A model generated the notes under the pieces. The model was not told the origin of the DNA and searched no databases. It saw nothing but the letters and a program-made list of their open reading frames with translations. A stretch of 64,000 nucleotides of DNA, taken from NCBI GenBank assembly GCA_951406725.2, contig OX597814.1, positions 158,100,001-158,164,000 of the forward strand, written 5' to 3'. The stretch's first letter is position 1, and each line of letters starts with the position of its first letter. The stretch is from Octopus vulgaris (lineage: Eukaryota). The translations under genes were made by a program, and so were the position numbers. This document shows, one piece after another, positions 1-12,301 of this stretch.

Positions 1-802
1 ACAGGTTCAGATTCATGTTCGCTGTTGCAACTAAAAGATTTCGTAAACTCCTGTCTCACATGAACTGAGGTAAAGTAACGTTCATCACCATCGTCAATCA
101 GCTATAGTTGGAAATTATTTAAAAAACCAAAACTGCACTATGTCACTCGAAGTTGTCAAGATTGTGTTCATAAATGTGCTAAGTAAAACACAAGGTCTGA
201 GTAACTGAAAAGAATTGAAGGCGATGAAGAAGGCAATTTTTAGAATAAAATTAGAGTTGTTTGAGGTAAGAACAACAGTCTGAATGTTCTTAAGTTAGAA
301 AGGTTACATCTTTAAATTTTAATGATACAGTTACCTGTTTCCATACACGTTCATTAAGAGATGTGAAGTATTAAAATACATGAGTTTAGCACCAGCTCAT
401 GAGTATACATTTATAACTTTGGAGGATAGAATATCAACTGGACACCTTGTTTTGTGGAAATTTGATGAATAAGAGATTGTAACACCTAATAAATAGGTGC
501 ATGGGTGTTGGACAAATTGCTCTTGAAAAGAAAATTCATGAAAACAATTCATTGAGAATACAGAAACGAAACTGGGAGGGAAATGACTACCAATTCCACT
601 TGCTCATCAATTCAAATTGCTCATCAATTCAATTTGACTATCAATTCAACTACAGTTATAAATCAATCTCAGTTGAGGTGTATTGGGTAAGAGAAGATAC
701 CTCTAAGTCATATTACAGTTAATGGGGGTCAGAAATAAGGGTTCAGTCATTACTTTCCCAAAAGGTTTAACACATGATATATTTTTCCTTGTCTTTCTAA
801 AG

Positions 803-976
803 CTGAATGTCCTACATCAGCCGGCTACACTTACCACCCAAAATTTAGATTGTGTTTTCGAGTAAGTACAAGTAAAACAACATGGAATGACGCTGCAGAC
901 GAATGCAATAAGGATCGAGGACAACTTATCCACGCGGAAAATAAAGAAATAATGGAGTATATACAGAAGGAATTGG
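803..976 (+). CDS. C-type lectin gene copy A, exon 2 (N-terminal half of CTLD); exon 1 lies upstream of the window
   Basis: Acceptor ttctaaag| and donor G|gtgagt, 174 nt, phase 1-1. Translates ECPTSAGYTYHPKFRLCFRVSTSKTTWNDAADECNKDRGQLIHAENKEIMEYIQKEL. Paralogous to 53872-54045. Not in the ORF track. Confidence 0.9.
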
Positions 977-1092
977 GTGAGTAACATTTTACTATTTCAT
1001 ACACACTCTCCCTCACACATAGCAAGCTCTCATTCTCTCTCTCCTTATGTATCTATCTCACACACACACACACACACGTACGCTCACACACT

Positions 1093-1125
<33 letters not shown>

Positions 1126-2048
1126 TCAAACGAAAATGTACGCAAGATGTATCTAATATCAAACTATAAATGTTTAATGACATTCTTAATTTAAATTTTC
1201 ACAACTAAAACTCGCAGATATAATTCCGACTTTGGTCTAACCTTTTTTCATTTGTACTCTCTACTCTGATTGTTTCGTTTACGTTGAGAAAATACATAGG
1301 CTTTTGATAAACTACTGAATTTAATCATTTAATTCACACATAAATTGTTAAAGAATTATAGTATACTAGCAGTATAGCTCGGCTTTTCTCGGGATTAAGT
1401 TAGTATTATTAAGCTAATCAAGCTGTTTATTTCCAACCAAACTAACATCGACGTCAAATTTGAGCGAAATCCGTTGAAATTGGTAAACTTTTGGCTGAAA
1501 ATGAGTTACAGACAATTTGATTGGGAAATCCCATAAGCAATCGGTTTATCGGTTTTTGCCACTCATCGATTTTTGTTTTTTTGTTTTTGGAGAACTTAAA
1601 GCATTCGAAGATCCAATGAATCCTAAGTAATGCTGGCATCAAGTTTGAACAAAATACATGAAAATGGGGTATAGCCAATTTTATTGGGAAATCCTCTAAG
1701 GAATCGGTTTATCGATTTTTTTTTATCCTGATTAAATGGAAAACCCCATAAGGAATCAGTATATTGATTTTTTACCCCAAATAGAATTATATTTATACTT
1801 TAAATTTGGTTTTCACACCCAACACAGTTCTGCATAATCAGTGTCGCGACGAGAGCGCATGGGTTGGGAGTTTGATCGGCAGAGGTGATCGGGTTGCACA
1901 TACCAGCCTTTTTACCCCCCCCCCCCCAATCGAAGTCCCCTTTGACCATGGGTTGGAAACCCTTCCAGGAAGTAAAATAGAATGCCCAAAAGGGCTCCCG
2001 ATCCTCTGTGTCAGAAGCGGTTATGTTCAGATCACAACGAAGCCTTAA

Positions 2049-2082
<34 letters not shown>

Positions 2083-2170
2083 AGGAAAAATTTTTTTAAA
2101 AATGCAGAATGCTCAAATGAAAGAAAATTTTAATAAAATGAGAAAATGATAAAATATATAAATATATATT

Positions 2171-2211
2171 TATTCAACCGGTTTTCGTCATTGTATGACT
2201 TGTCAAGAATA
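2171..2211 (-). ncRNA. Minimal type I hammerhead ribozyme motif (U3-A8 variant), left arm
   Basis: Exact reverse complement of 5510-5550. Confidence 0.7.
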
Positions 2212-2843
2212 TTTATGTTTTAAGAAGTTTTTTTAAAAATTAGAAAGGGGAAAAAAAGAAAATTGCATTGTTTTTTGTAAAAGAATAATGATAAAAATGT
2301 ACAAAAATTGAAAAATAAGTTCTCCGATACATTGTGAGTTCGTTGTGTATCTTGAGTTTTATGGTTGTTTACCAAAAAATTACCTTGAGGTGTTAAGATC
2401 CAAAGGGATTAAGAGCATGCGATGTGTTGTGTTGTTAAATTCAGCATGTTGCAGGACAGGAAGTAGTAGTAATTGTGGTCCTGGTTCTTCAGTTCCTGTG
2501 TTGTGAGTAAGGGGAGACAACTCTTTTGAGTTCTTCAATAAAACCCAAATTATAAAACTATCATTTTAGCTTCATTTGCATTATCTTTTTTATATAATTG
2601 CTTGTTAACTTAACTTTCAGATTTTAACACTTTATTTATATTATTTTCTAATAATATAAATATGCATAGACAATTGCATTTCAAATTGTCATATCATTTA
2701 TAATAAAAATGATAGTAATAACAACAATAGTAAAAATGATATTTAAAGAATATAAGTTTTAGCTTGAAGTGATGAATGCATGGTATCTTTATATATTTGT
2801 GTTAGTCCATCCATGAAGAGTGAGGTAGAGAAAGGAAGTTTGA

Positions 2844-3859
2844 TCAACGAGGAGTTTGCATATTAAGTTGTGTTTGGAATTTTTCAATAAAGAGATTCTC
2901 CTTGTTAATTCTCTCCTGTGTGGTGATCCCGTCTTTACATTGGTAGAAGGGGAATATATAGAATTTGGGGTTTAAGTCTTTAGCACATGAGTCTAAGTGG
3001 TCACTCAGTGGAATTTGTCGGTATTCCGGGAGATTTATTTGTTCTTTATGCACCGTTACTCGTTTACGTAACGGGAGACTCGTTTGTCCAACATAATTAT
3101 GTTGGCAACCAGCGCATGTGAGAGCGTAGATAAGGTTCTCGGAGGAACAGGAGAAGTTAGTCTTGATTTTAAACTTCGTACCTTGTTTGAAGGTAAATTC
3201 AGAGCCTTCAAGTAGAAAGGAGCAGGTACCACAGTTTGAGCGTGCACATTTTTTTACTGTTGGGGGTGGATGTGGTGTGTGAAGTTTGGCATTTGTCAAT
3301 AGTTTTTTTAAAGATTTGTGTTGCCTTTTGCATTTGAGGATTTTGTGTGTATTTATAATGTTTTTCATTTTTGGGTCTGTTGACAGTAGACTGAGGTTTT
3401 GTATGATTGTGGTGTATGCTTCGATATTTTTGGGGTTGTGGGTGGAAATGTATGGAAGTATTTTGAGGTTGTGTGTGGTGTTAGGTTGGGTGGTTTTCAG
3501 TGTAGTGTTGTCTAGTTCTTTGGCGCGTTTTATTCCATACTCTATAAGGGTGGAGGGATATTGACGTTGTAATAGTGTTTTTTGAGGTCTTGAAGGCGTA
3601 TTTCTCGTGTTTTTGGATCCGAGACAATGGTGCATACCCTTTTAGCTAAATTGAAAGGGATATTTGTCTTGGTGTGTTTTGGGTGGCATGAACTAAAGAG
3701 GAGGTATTGTTGTGAGTCTGTAGGTTTGTGGTAGATGTCTGTTATGATTTGGTTCTTAGGTGTTTTTATAATTAGGAGATCAAGGAATGGGAGATGATGT
3801 TTGCTTAATTCCATAGTGAATTGGATGTTGGGATGTATGTTGTTTAGTATGGTTTTGAA
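2844..3859 (-). pseudogene. PLE RT-thumb/GIY-YIG fragment, left arm, frameshifted
   Basis: Mirror of 3861-4877. One A is missing in a homopolymer near 3580, splitting it into ORFs 3542-3919 and 2844-3635. Confidence 0.9.
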
Positions 3860-3860
3860 A

Positions 3861-4877
3861 TTCAAAACCATACTAAACAACATACATCCCAACATCCAAT
3901 TCACTATGGAATTAAGCAAACATCATCTCCCATTCCTTGATCTCCTAATTATAAAAACACCTAAGAACCAAATCATAACAGACATCTACCACAAACCTAC
4001 AGACTCACAACAATACCTCCTCTTTAGTTCATGCCACCCAAAACACACCAAGACAAATATCCCTTTCAATTTAGCTAAAAGGGTATGCACCATTGTCTCG
4101 GATCCAAAAACACGAGAAATACGCCTTCAAGACCTCAAAAAAACACTATTACAACGTCAATATCCCTCCACCCTTATAGAGTATGGAATAAAACGCGCCA
4201 AAGAACTAGACAACACTACACTGAAAACCACCCAACCTAACACCACACACAACCTCAAAATACTTCCATACATTTCCACCCACAACCCCAAAAATATCGA
4301 AGCATACACCACAATCATACAAAACCTCAGTCTACTGTCAACAGACCCAAAAATGAAAAACATTATAAATACACACAAAATCCTCAAATGCAAGAGGCAA
4401 CGCAAATCTTTAAAAAAACTATTGACAAATGCCAAACTTCACACACCACATCCACCCCCAACAGTAAAAAAATGTGCACGCTCAAACTGTGGTACCTGCC
4501 CCTTTCTACTTGAAGGCTCTGAATTTACCTTCAAACAAGGTACGAAGTTTAAAATCAAGACTAACTTCTCCTGTTCCTCCGAGAACCTTATCTACGTTCT
4601 CACATGCGCTGGTTGCCAACATAATTATGTTGGACAAACGAGTCTCCCGTTACGTAAACGAGTAACGGTGCATAAAGAACAAATAAATCTCCCGGAATAC
4701 CGACAAATTCCACTGAGTGACCACTTAGACTCATGTGCTAAAGACTTAAACCCCAAATTCTATATATTCCCCTTCTACCAATGTAAAGACGGGATCACCA
4801 CACAGGAGAGAATTAACAAGGAGAATCTCTTTATTGAAAAATTCCAAACACAACTTAATATGCAAACTCCTCGTTGA
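3861..4877 (+). pseudogene. PLE polyprotein C-terminal part (RT thumb, Cys-rich linker, GIY-YIG endonuclease); open frame but 5'-truncated
   Basis: IQFTME..LPFLDLLI..TDIYHKPTDSQQYLLFSSCHP (PLE RT C-terminus), CARSNCGTC linker, LIYVLTCAGC..YVGQT..LRKRVTVH (GIY-YIG). The upstream RT core motifs are absent. Confidence 0.9.
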
Positions 4878-5509
4878 TCAAACTTCCTTTCTCTACCTCA
4901 CTCTTCATGGATGGACTAACACAAATATATAAAGATACCATGCATTCATCACTTCAAGCTAAAACTTATATTCTTTAAATATCATTTTTACTATTGTTGT
5001 TATTACTATCATTTTTATTATAAATGATATGACAATTTGAAATGCAATTGTCTATGCATATTTATATTATTAGAAAATAATATAAATAAAGTGTTAAAAT
5101 CTGAAAGTTAAGTTAACAAGCAATTATATAAAAAAGATAATGCAAATGAAGCTAAAATGATAGTTTTATAATTTGGGTTTTATTGAAGAACTCAAAAGAG
5201 TTGTCTCCCCTTACTCACAACACAGGAACTGAAGAACCGGGACCACAATTACTACTACTTCCTGTCCTGCAACATGCTGAATTTAACAACACAACACATC
5301 ACATGCTCTTAATCCCTTTGGATCTTAACACCTCAAGGTAATTTTTTGGTAAACAACCATAAAACTCAAGATACACAACGAACTCACAATGTATCGGAGA
5401 ACTTATTTTTCAATTTTTGTACATTTTTATTATTATTCTTTTACAAAAAACAATGCAATTTTCTTTTTTTCCCCTTTCTAATTTTTAAAAAAACTTCTTA
5501 AAACATAAA

Positions 5510-5550
5510 TATTCTTGACAAGTCATACAATGACGAAAACCGGTTGAATA
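5510..5550 (+). ncRNA. Minimal type I hammerhead ribozyme motif (U3-A8 variant) in the PLE 3' pseudo-LTR
   Basis: TATTC [TTGACAA] GTCAT-aca-ATGAC [GAAA] ACCGG T T GAATA: 5-bp stem I, 5-bp stem II, palindromic AACCGGTT stem III region. Confidence 0.72.
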
Positions 5551-5687
5551 AATATATATTTATATATTTTATCATTTTCTCATTTTATTAAAATTTTCTT
5601 TCATTTGAGCATTCTGCATTTTTAAAAAATTTTTTCCTTACTTATCATTTCTCCACGTGCGGTCAACACAACCCCACCATTTATTGA

Positions 5688-5765
<78 letters not shown>

Positions 5766-6055
5766 AGTATGGGCAACACACACACAAACATACACACACA
5801 TACGTACACCTACTGCATACATGTTTTTGTATGCATACATGTTCGTGTGTGTGTTTGTGTGTGACTGAAGCCATTCACTCATACATACATAACAATCCCT
5901 CTCTCTCTCTCTCTGTCTTCACACACACTATCAAAACAACTCATACACACTACACTTTCTGTGCTGCACACCGCATATGTGTGTGTGCGTGCGTGTTTGA
6001 TGGGGTGTGCAATACAGAAAGTGTAGTGCGTATGAGTTGTTTTGTTAGTGTGTGT

Positions 6056-6105
<50 letters not shown>

Positions 6106-7144
6106 GATAACAGATTTTTTATTTCGTTTTTAGTGATTGATTGACAGACAAAAAGAGAGGGAGTGAGAGAGGAGATGTTATGTATATATTTATGTGTAAA
6201 TGGCTTCAGTCACACATACACACGAACATGTATGCGTACAAAAGACAGGTACGCAATAGGTGTACGTGCGTGTGTGTGTGTGTTGCCCGTATATCAACAA
6301 AACACTTTTTTCTTCGATGGATAAAAAACAAGTCTTAGCAAAAACTTACTCGTCGCTCATATTTGTAAACAATGTTGAATTTCTCCGAGTTTAAAATTGT
6401 TTAAAGTTTTCGTTGAACATTTATTTTTACCGCTATTCGCTGGTGCCTCTGGGGAAAATAAGTTGACGAAATTACAGCTAGGATCAAGACGAATGTCCTC
6501 CTAAAATTAGAGCGACATTCGTGCTAATTTGTGGAGTACATAAATTACATTCACGTACGCACACGCACGCACACATCCTGCCTTATATATACAGATTATA
6601 TTATCATTTATTTTCAATGCATTAGAAAGGAGAATCTGTTGCCCGTTAAAATTATGTTCTGCGTATTATACCTAAAAATCTGAATTGATATTGAAACAAA
6701 GGAAATATTTTGTGATATATCTTATTCGTTTACATTGTTTGAGATTTTAACAAATTTAATATCAGTTTAATCAACGTTTAAATATTCAGAAATATCATTT
6801 AGACTAGGCCCTTTTCAATATTAAAAGGCGGCAACTGTATTACTTCGAATTTGGTATTTGTCCTACCTTCTAAGAGCACGTTAGTGACAATGTGAATATA
6901 TTATCAACGAATAAATTTTGATTTTGGATTTAATCAATACGCTGATTCTTATTGTAGAACTCTAGAGTCGATTAAATTGCTCAACGATCTCATGAGTCAT
7001 TCTGTGTAATTCCAATAAGATGAAAGTCTATATCCGTTTGTTTTAAATTTATATGTAAACAGAGGTAATAAATAATTTACCTGCTATAATGGTTAGATCA
7101 GCACCCTTCATTTGCCAATAATTTACTCCTTATTTTTTTGTATG

Positions 7145-7215
<71 letters not shown>

Positions 7216-8187
7216 GAAAAACATGAAGACATAGAAGACGTTGAAATATTTCTTTGCTTTTCCTGAATTTTTCTTGCCACTAGGATCGAGGAATGGATTT
7301 CAGTATCTAGTTTACTGGTGCAAATAACAAGAAATCAATTTAAGTTAACTTATGCGATAGGATAAGATTCATTTTAAAGAGCTCGTAATTATTTCTAAGT
7401 TAGACCCAAATCCTGTAATTTGAAGAGGATAGCTTGTAGTTGATTACATTGAATACGGAGGAATACAAGGTAAAGTTGACCTCGGAGTGATATAAATTCA
7501 AATTGTAAAAAGCCAGAAAATATACTCCGAATCATTTCCAAAGCTCTAACATATCTATCAATCGAACAAATTTGTAGTGGAAGTCATATTAAGACGTGAA
7601 TATGTGTGAAGTTCCTTCTCGTAGTGACCGTGAAATTAACAAATAATATTCCACTATATTATTATTTATAGTCTACTTTATGATGTTCCCTAACTCTTCT
7701 AGTAACAGTAAATGTCATAGCTCAGTATTCTATGAAACTATTGAAAGAGAAACAAAGAATAACTAGAAATGTAATTATAACAGTAAATGCTCGTTGTTGT
7801 TGTTGTTTTATAACATTGCAATTTTACAGTATTAACATCCATACTTATAATTCACATAAATTATATAATTGGGAAATAGCATGAGCACCTGAATTTCCCA
7901 TTCTCTGGTCCTTCAGTATGTGATCGTGCACTTTAAGTTTGACAATACAATGCGACTCCAGACATCTGTGTTGTTCGACTGGCTAGAAATAGCAGTTAAA
8001 TCCCTTTTACATCACACCTACCGCCACAAGAAATGTAAGTCTCATAAGGCCACGTCTACATAGTGATGTACAAAAAGAAACGTCGTGAAGGAGATACCTG
8101 CAATATTAAGTCATCTCATTGTCTAGGACAACTCCAAGGCTAAACAACAGCACCTCATCCAATTCCACTTCATCCCCAAAAGCACCT

Positions 8188-8231
8188 CCCCTCCTCCTCC
8201 TCCTCCTACTACTACTACCACCACCACCACC

Positions 8232-8325
<94 letters not shown>

Positions 8326-8338
8326 GTATTACCACCAC
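8188..8338. repeat. Compound (CCT)n(CTA)n(CCA)n microsatellite
   Basis: Visible directly; paralogous tract at about 59830-59965. Confidence 0.95.
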
Positions 8339-8864
8339 ATTAATAAATTTCTAAAGCTATACTTTGCATTCAGCTTGAAAAGCACATACTTATATCATAA
8401 GAAGTATGTGATTATCTTTCATATTAATTTTAACCCTAAACTATTGACACACATTGCTGACTGCCCTAGAAGACAAAGTTACTAATTTTGTAAGAAAGAT
8501 TTAAGAATAGGTACAACTTAGTTAGAGAGATAACTCTATGTTATTGTTAAACGTTATGAATATAAATGATACAGAAATTTTGCTGTACATAAGCAAATAT
8601 GTAAATGCAAAATCTTTATTATTTTCTTTTATAAAGTAAATCTATTCCATTTCCTACTTTTCTACATAATTGTCTTGTTTATTTAAAATGCGAAAATCGT
8701 ACTCGACTAAAATACATTAGACAAATTTACTGTTATTCATGTAAATCTTGCATAAATAATGGCACTGCCTATTTCTGTAACCAAATAGTTTTAGAGTCTC
8801 TAGAAGCAGGATTTTAGATTAAATTTGTCAACTATTTATGTGTCCTCTTTTCAAGAGAAGCGTC

Positions 8865-9155
8865 ATATATTGGTGAACAATCAACAGCGTTGGGAAGCAT
8901 AAAGATAAAAGTTGTAGTTGAGAAAACGTTAGCTAACATATAGGAATGGAAGCCATCTGAATGTTGGTAAGGATTTACCTGTATCATGGTCAATAGCAGC
9001 GAGTATTCAAACGCCGACATCATGTTTTCTGTTCAAAGAGTGATTTATGAGAAATGTAGAGGCTGTAAGATGTGATTCGTACTTCATGGAAACAAAGTAC
9101 CAAGTTTCGGACCTGTCTTGAGGCCGTGTTGTAAATTGAGGCCGCTACCTGGAGT
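8865..9155 (+). mobile_element. Decayed, internally deleted Tc1/mariner-superfamily remnant
   Basis: Aligns by eye with both ends of 60765-61430 (tattggtgaaca.tcaacagcgttgg ... ccaagtttcgga.ctgtcttgaggccgtg). Confidence 0.55.
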
Positions 9156-10168
9156 AAAGGATTATTTGCTAACCACAATCTCGTTAATATCTAAAAACAA
9201 AAAAATATATTTTATTTTGGGATGGAATATTGTGTTTTCTTGATATTTTATGCAAACTATCTAATTTAACCCGAACACAGCTCAAAGAATTGGGGGAGCA
9301 ATATTTCAATTACGTCGACTCTAATAGAATACTTGTTATTTCATCGATACTAGAGAGAAGGAAAACCAAAGTTCAATCTGAGTTCAAATAACACCCTGTC
9401 GGCAAAATCTGAACTCCGGATATAAAAAGTTGTGGCTTTATTCTTCATCCGTCTTTTTCTACTTTAATTTGCAAATTACCATATTTTCTGTACATTAGTT
9501 ATGATAAATTTATCAAAATTTTGTTTTTGTATAACTGCACTTCAATGACTGAATCCAATATACGTGAATGTTGGGTTTCTTAGTTTTATTTTAGAGTGTT
9601 ACGTTTATATCTGTATGAGAAGCGTGGAAATGTGTTTCTGAAAGTCGAAACTACATTGTGGGCATAATTCTAAACAACCGAGCCTATTAAAAACACTTTT
9701 TTTCAATCCAAGTTACATTAAATTTGGTTCAGTCCGATGGTCCAATATATTCTCATATGTTAGGTACGTCTATAGGAACGTATGTTTGTATGTAAAAATA
9801 TAGTTTTAAAACACAAATGGGGAACTCATTACATTCTGATGCGTTTAAAAATGTTAAGTCATTTCTCTCCTACCTGCAAAACACGGGACACACCACCGGA
9901 TTATATGCAGATTTTGAGCTGCATCAGAGTGGGTGAAAATAACTGCACTGAGTGATCATTTGACTGGTCCTAACTACATAATATAGTCCAGAATGCATTG
10001 TGTAAGCACAAATTAATCGGAATATCATGATTGATTATGGATACGCTTGGGCTTAACAACAACAATAACAAGAATATCAATAAGATTCTATAATGGTAAA
10101 ATATACATCGAATAATAAAATGTATTTGCATGCTTATTCTTGATCTGTGATTTACGTTTGTTTTTCAG

Positions 10169-10401
10169 AAAAGTGGCCAAAGGAAAACTTTTATTTTGGA
10201 TTGTGTAAAGACATGAAGAAAGACGTCTTTCTATGGCAGAATGGAGAAGAACCTACTTATGATTTCTGGATGGAGGATAGACCTAGTGGTGGTGATCAGC
10301 ACTGTGGACTTTTAGACCACAGAAGTAATCACAGATGGAATGATGATCCTTGCGACAGGCAAGTCGGTAGGAGATATATATGCGAGATAGTCATGCGATA
10401 A
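10169..10401 (+). CDS. C-type lectin gene copy A, terminal exon 3 (C-terminal half of CTLD)
   Basis: Acceptor tttttcag|, phase 1. FGLC..FLWQNG..FW..RPS..QHC..WNDDPC..YICE then TAA. Confidence 0.9.
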
Positions 10402-10434
10402 ATGTGTAACTGGAAGAACTGTAATTACACGCAC

Positions 10435-10509
<75 letters not shown>

Positions 10510-10882
10510 CACACACACGCACACATACACACACACACACACACACACGCACGCTCACACATGCACAACCATGCATACATACAGAATCACACTATTTATG
10601 TAAGTATATATATATGTGTGTACGTATACATATATACCTATATATATGTATAAGTATGCATATATTCATATACATACATACATCCATACACACACACGCA
10701 TGTTAATGGGCAATATATGGATTTATATAATCCGGTGGTAATCACACAAAAAACTGCTGTAGTGGAACGAACTACAAACCACATAATAAACCAATGCCTA
10801 TGAGAGTATTGTAGAATCCTATGCATTTAGAATTCAGTTAATCCAATCAGTGAAGATCATTTCAGGAGAAATATATAGAATA

Positions 10883-11905
10883 CTAGCAGAGATACCCGGC
10901 GTTGCCCGTGTTACATGCTATTGAAGAATTAGACTTTTCATATTTTTATATGATTCCAATTTCATCAAAATTGGAGATTAAAAATTTTAATTAGAGTTCT
11001 TTCCTTCTTTACGCACACTAACAAACATTATAATTATGACTATTTATCCGATACTACTCATCTTTATGCCCAAATCCCAAAATCCAAACCTTGTAAAAGC
11101 TATTCAAAGGTTTTTGCTCCTGAAAAAAAAAAGAGTACATGGAGCTCTAAAATGTGGGAGTTAAGGCCCCTATTAGGGGGTCATCAAGTCAAGTAGAGAA
11201 GTTGACTTGTTGGGAATCTTTTTTAACTTGTGTCTTATATCTATTGTTTAAATTTCTTTGAACTCGGAAATATATGAATGTTCACTGGGTTTGTAAAAGA
11301 GAGCAAAGCTACAGGAAACCAAGAGACGAATGATCACAATAATCAGTCAGCTAGAAATTAGAAGGGCGTGACTCAGCTGAAATAAACATTAACAACTCTG
11401 TGACGTAAGGGTTAAAGGGAAATGAAAGTGTCACCTCTGGGGTTTGCCAATAGTCGCTATACCGATAGCTAACTGAACAGAATAAATTTGCAATCTATAA
11501 ATCTATTTGAATGGCCAGTCACTTATCTGGAAAGGCCTTGAAATCAATGTTATCATCTGGGGACGATCTCAGAGAAGGTCTGCAACCAAATCACTTTACG
11601 CAAAATAACACTTTGCAACTGAACCAGTGTAGGCTAACATGCCTCTCCTTAGTTGACAATTTATGCTCCACTTTTCAGAAATCACAATCTAAGTATGTCT
11701 CAAAGCAAATTCTTACACTGTTATACCATTGAATAACAAATAACGCTCATCTTGTATGGTCGGGTGACTCTACAGCTTCCAAGACTACTACTGTATTCGT
11801 CTTGGCCTGGAGAAACTGACTAAATTGTGGGGGTTAATCCCCCAGTAAGGGGTTTTACTAACTGCTATGAAGTTAAAAATTTTAGGAATATTACTTCATT
11901 TATGT
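10883..11905 (-). mobile_element. Non-autonomous Helitron-like element
   Basis: The minus strand ends cgggcaacgccgggtatctctgCTAG|t (subterminal hairpin + CTAG). The other boundary is approximate. Confidence 0.6.
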
Positions 11906-11934
11906 CTAATATCTATGGTAAAAATTACATGTAT

Positions 11935-12001
<67 letters not shown>

Positions 12002-12039
12002 TATACATACATGTATGTGTGTGTGTGCATATAAATATT

Positions 12040-12229
12040 ATTTTATCACTATGATAGATCGCTAGCCAATACACATTATTTTCTCTTCCTGTTTCTTTCT
12101 GTGTTGCTTTCTGTGGAAGAGCATAGGCTCGAAACGTTAAATACCTTTTCACTTCTCGAGCGTTAAACTAATACATATGTCTGTTGTCTACAACACTTGT
12201 CTTCGCCTTTTGTTTTTTGCGAATTCTCT

Positions 12230-12232
<3 letters not shown>
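12040..12232 (+). mobile_element. Short interspersed repeat with an atypical hammerhead-like motif (12107-12141), ending in (TA)n
   Basis: Homologous to 58645-58840 (tgatagatcg.tagcca.tacaca ... gaagagcataggctcgaaacgt ... tctcc(TA)n). Confidence 0.6.

Positions 12233-12301
<69 letters not shown>

Larger units (their letters stand above)
2079..5689. mobile_element. 5'-truncated Penelope-like retroelement (PLE) arranged as a head-to-head palindrome
   Basis: 2079-3859 is the reverse complement of 3861-5642, with a 1-nt spacer at 3860. The right arm continues to about 5689. (TA)n on both sides. Encodes RT C-terminus + GIY-YIG. Confidence 0.93.
1366..6595 (-). mobile_element. Non-autonomous Helitron-like insertion in intron 2 of copy A, hosting the nested Penelope palindrome
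   Basis: CTAG at 1366-1369 next to a GC-rich hairpin-like segment (3' end on - strand); TC 5' end reads GA at 6594-6595; A|T target. The paralogous intron near 54395-54430 shows the empty site. A related copy lies at 60302-60765. Confidence 0.7.

Noticed and set aside
3801-3860. N-terminus of the 358-aa ORF (MLNSIVNWMLGC...)
   Set aside because: It is the antisense of the mirrored arm read across the palindrome centre from a TTG, not a real start.
3286-4665. Duplicated small ORFs (92 aa, 63 aa) resembling a gene pair
   Set aside because: They are alternative or antisense frames of the PLE ORF, duplicated by the palindrome.
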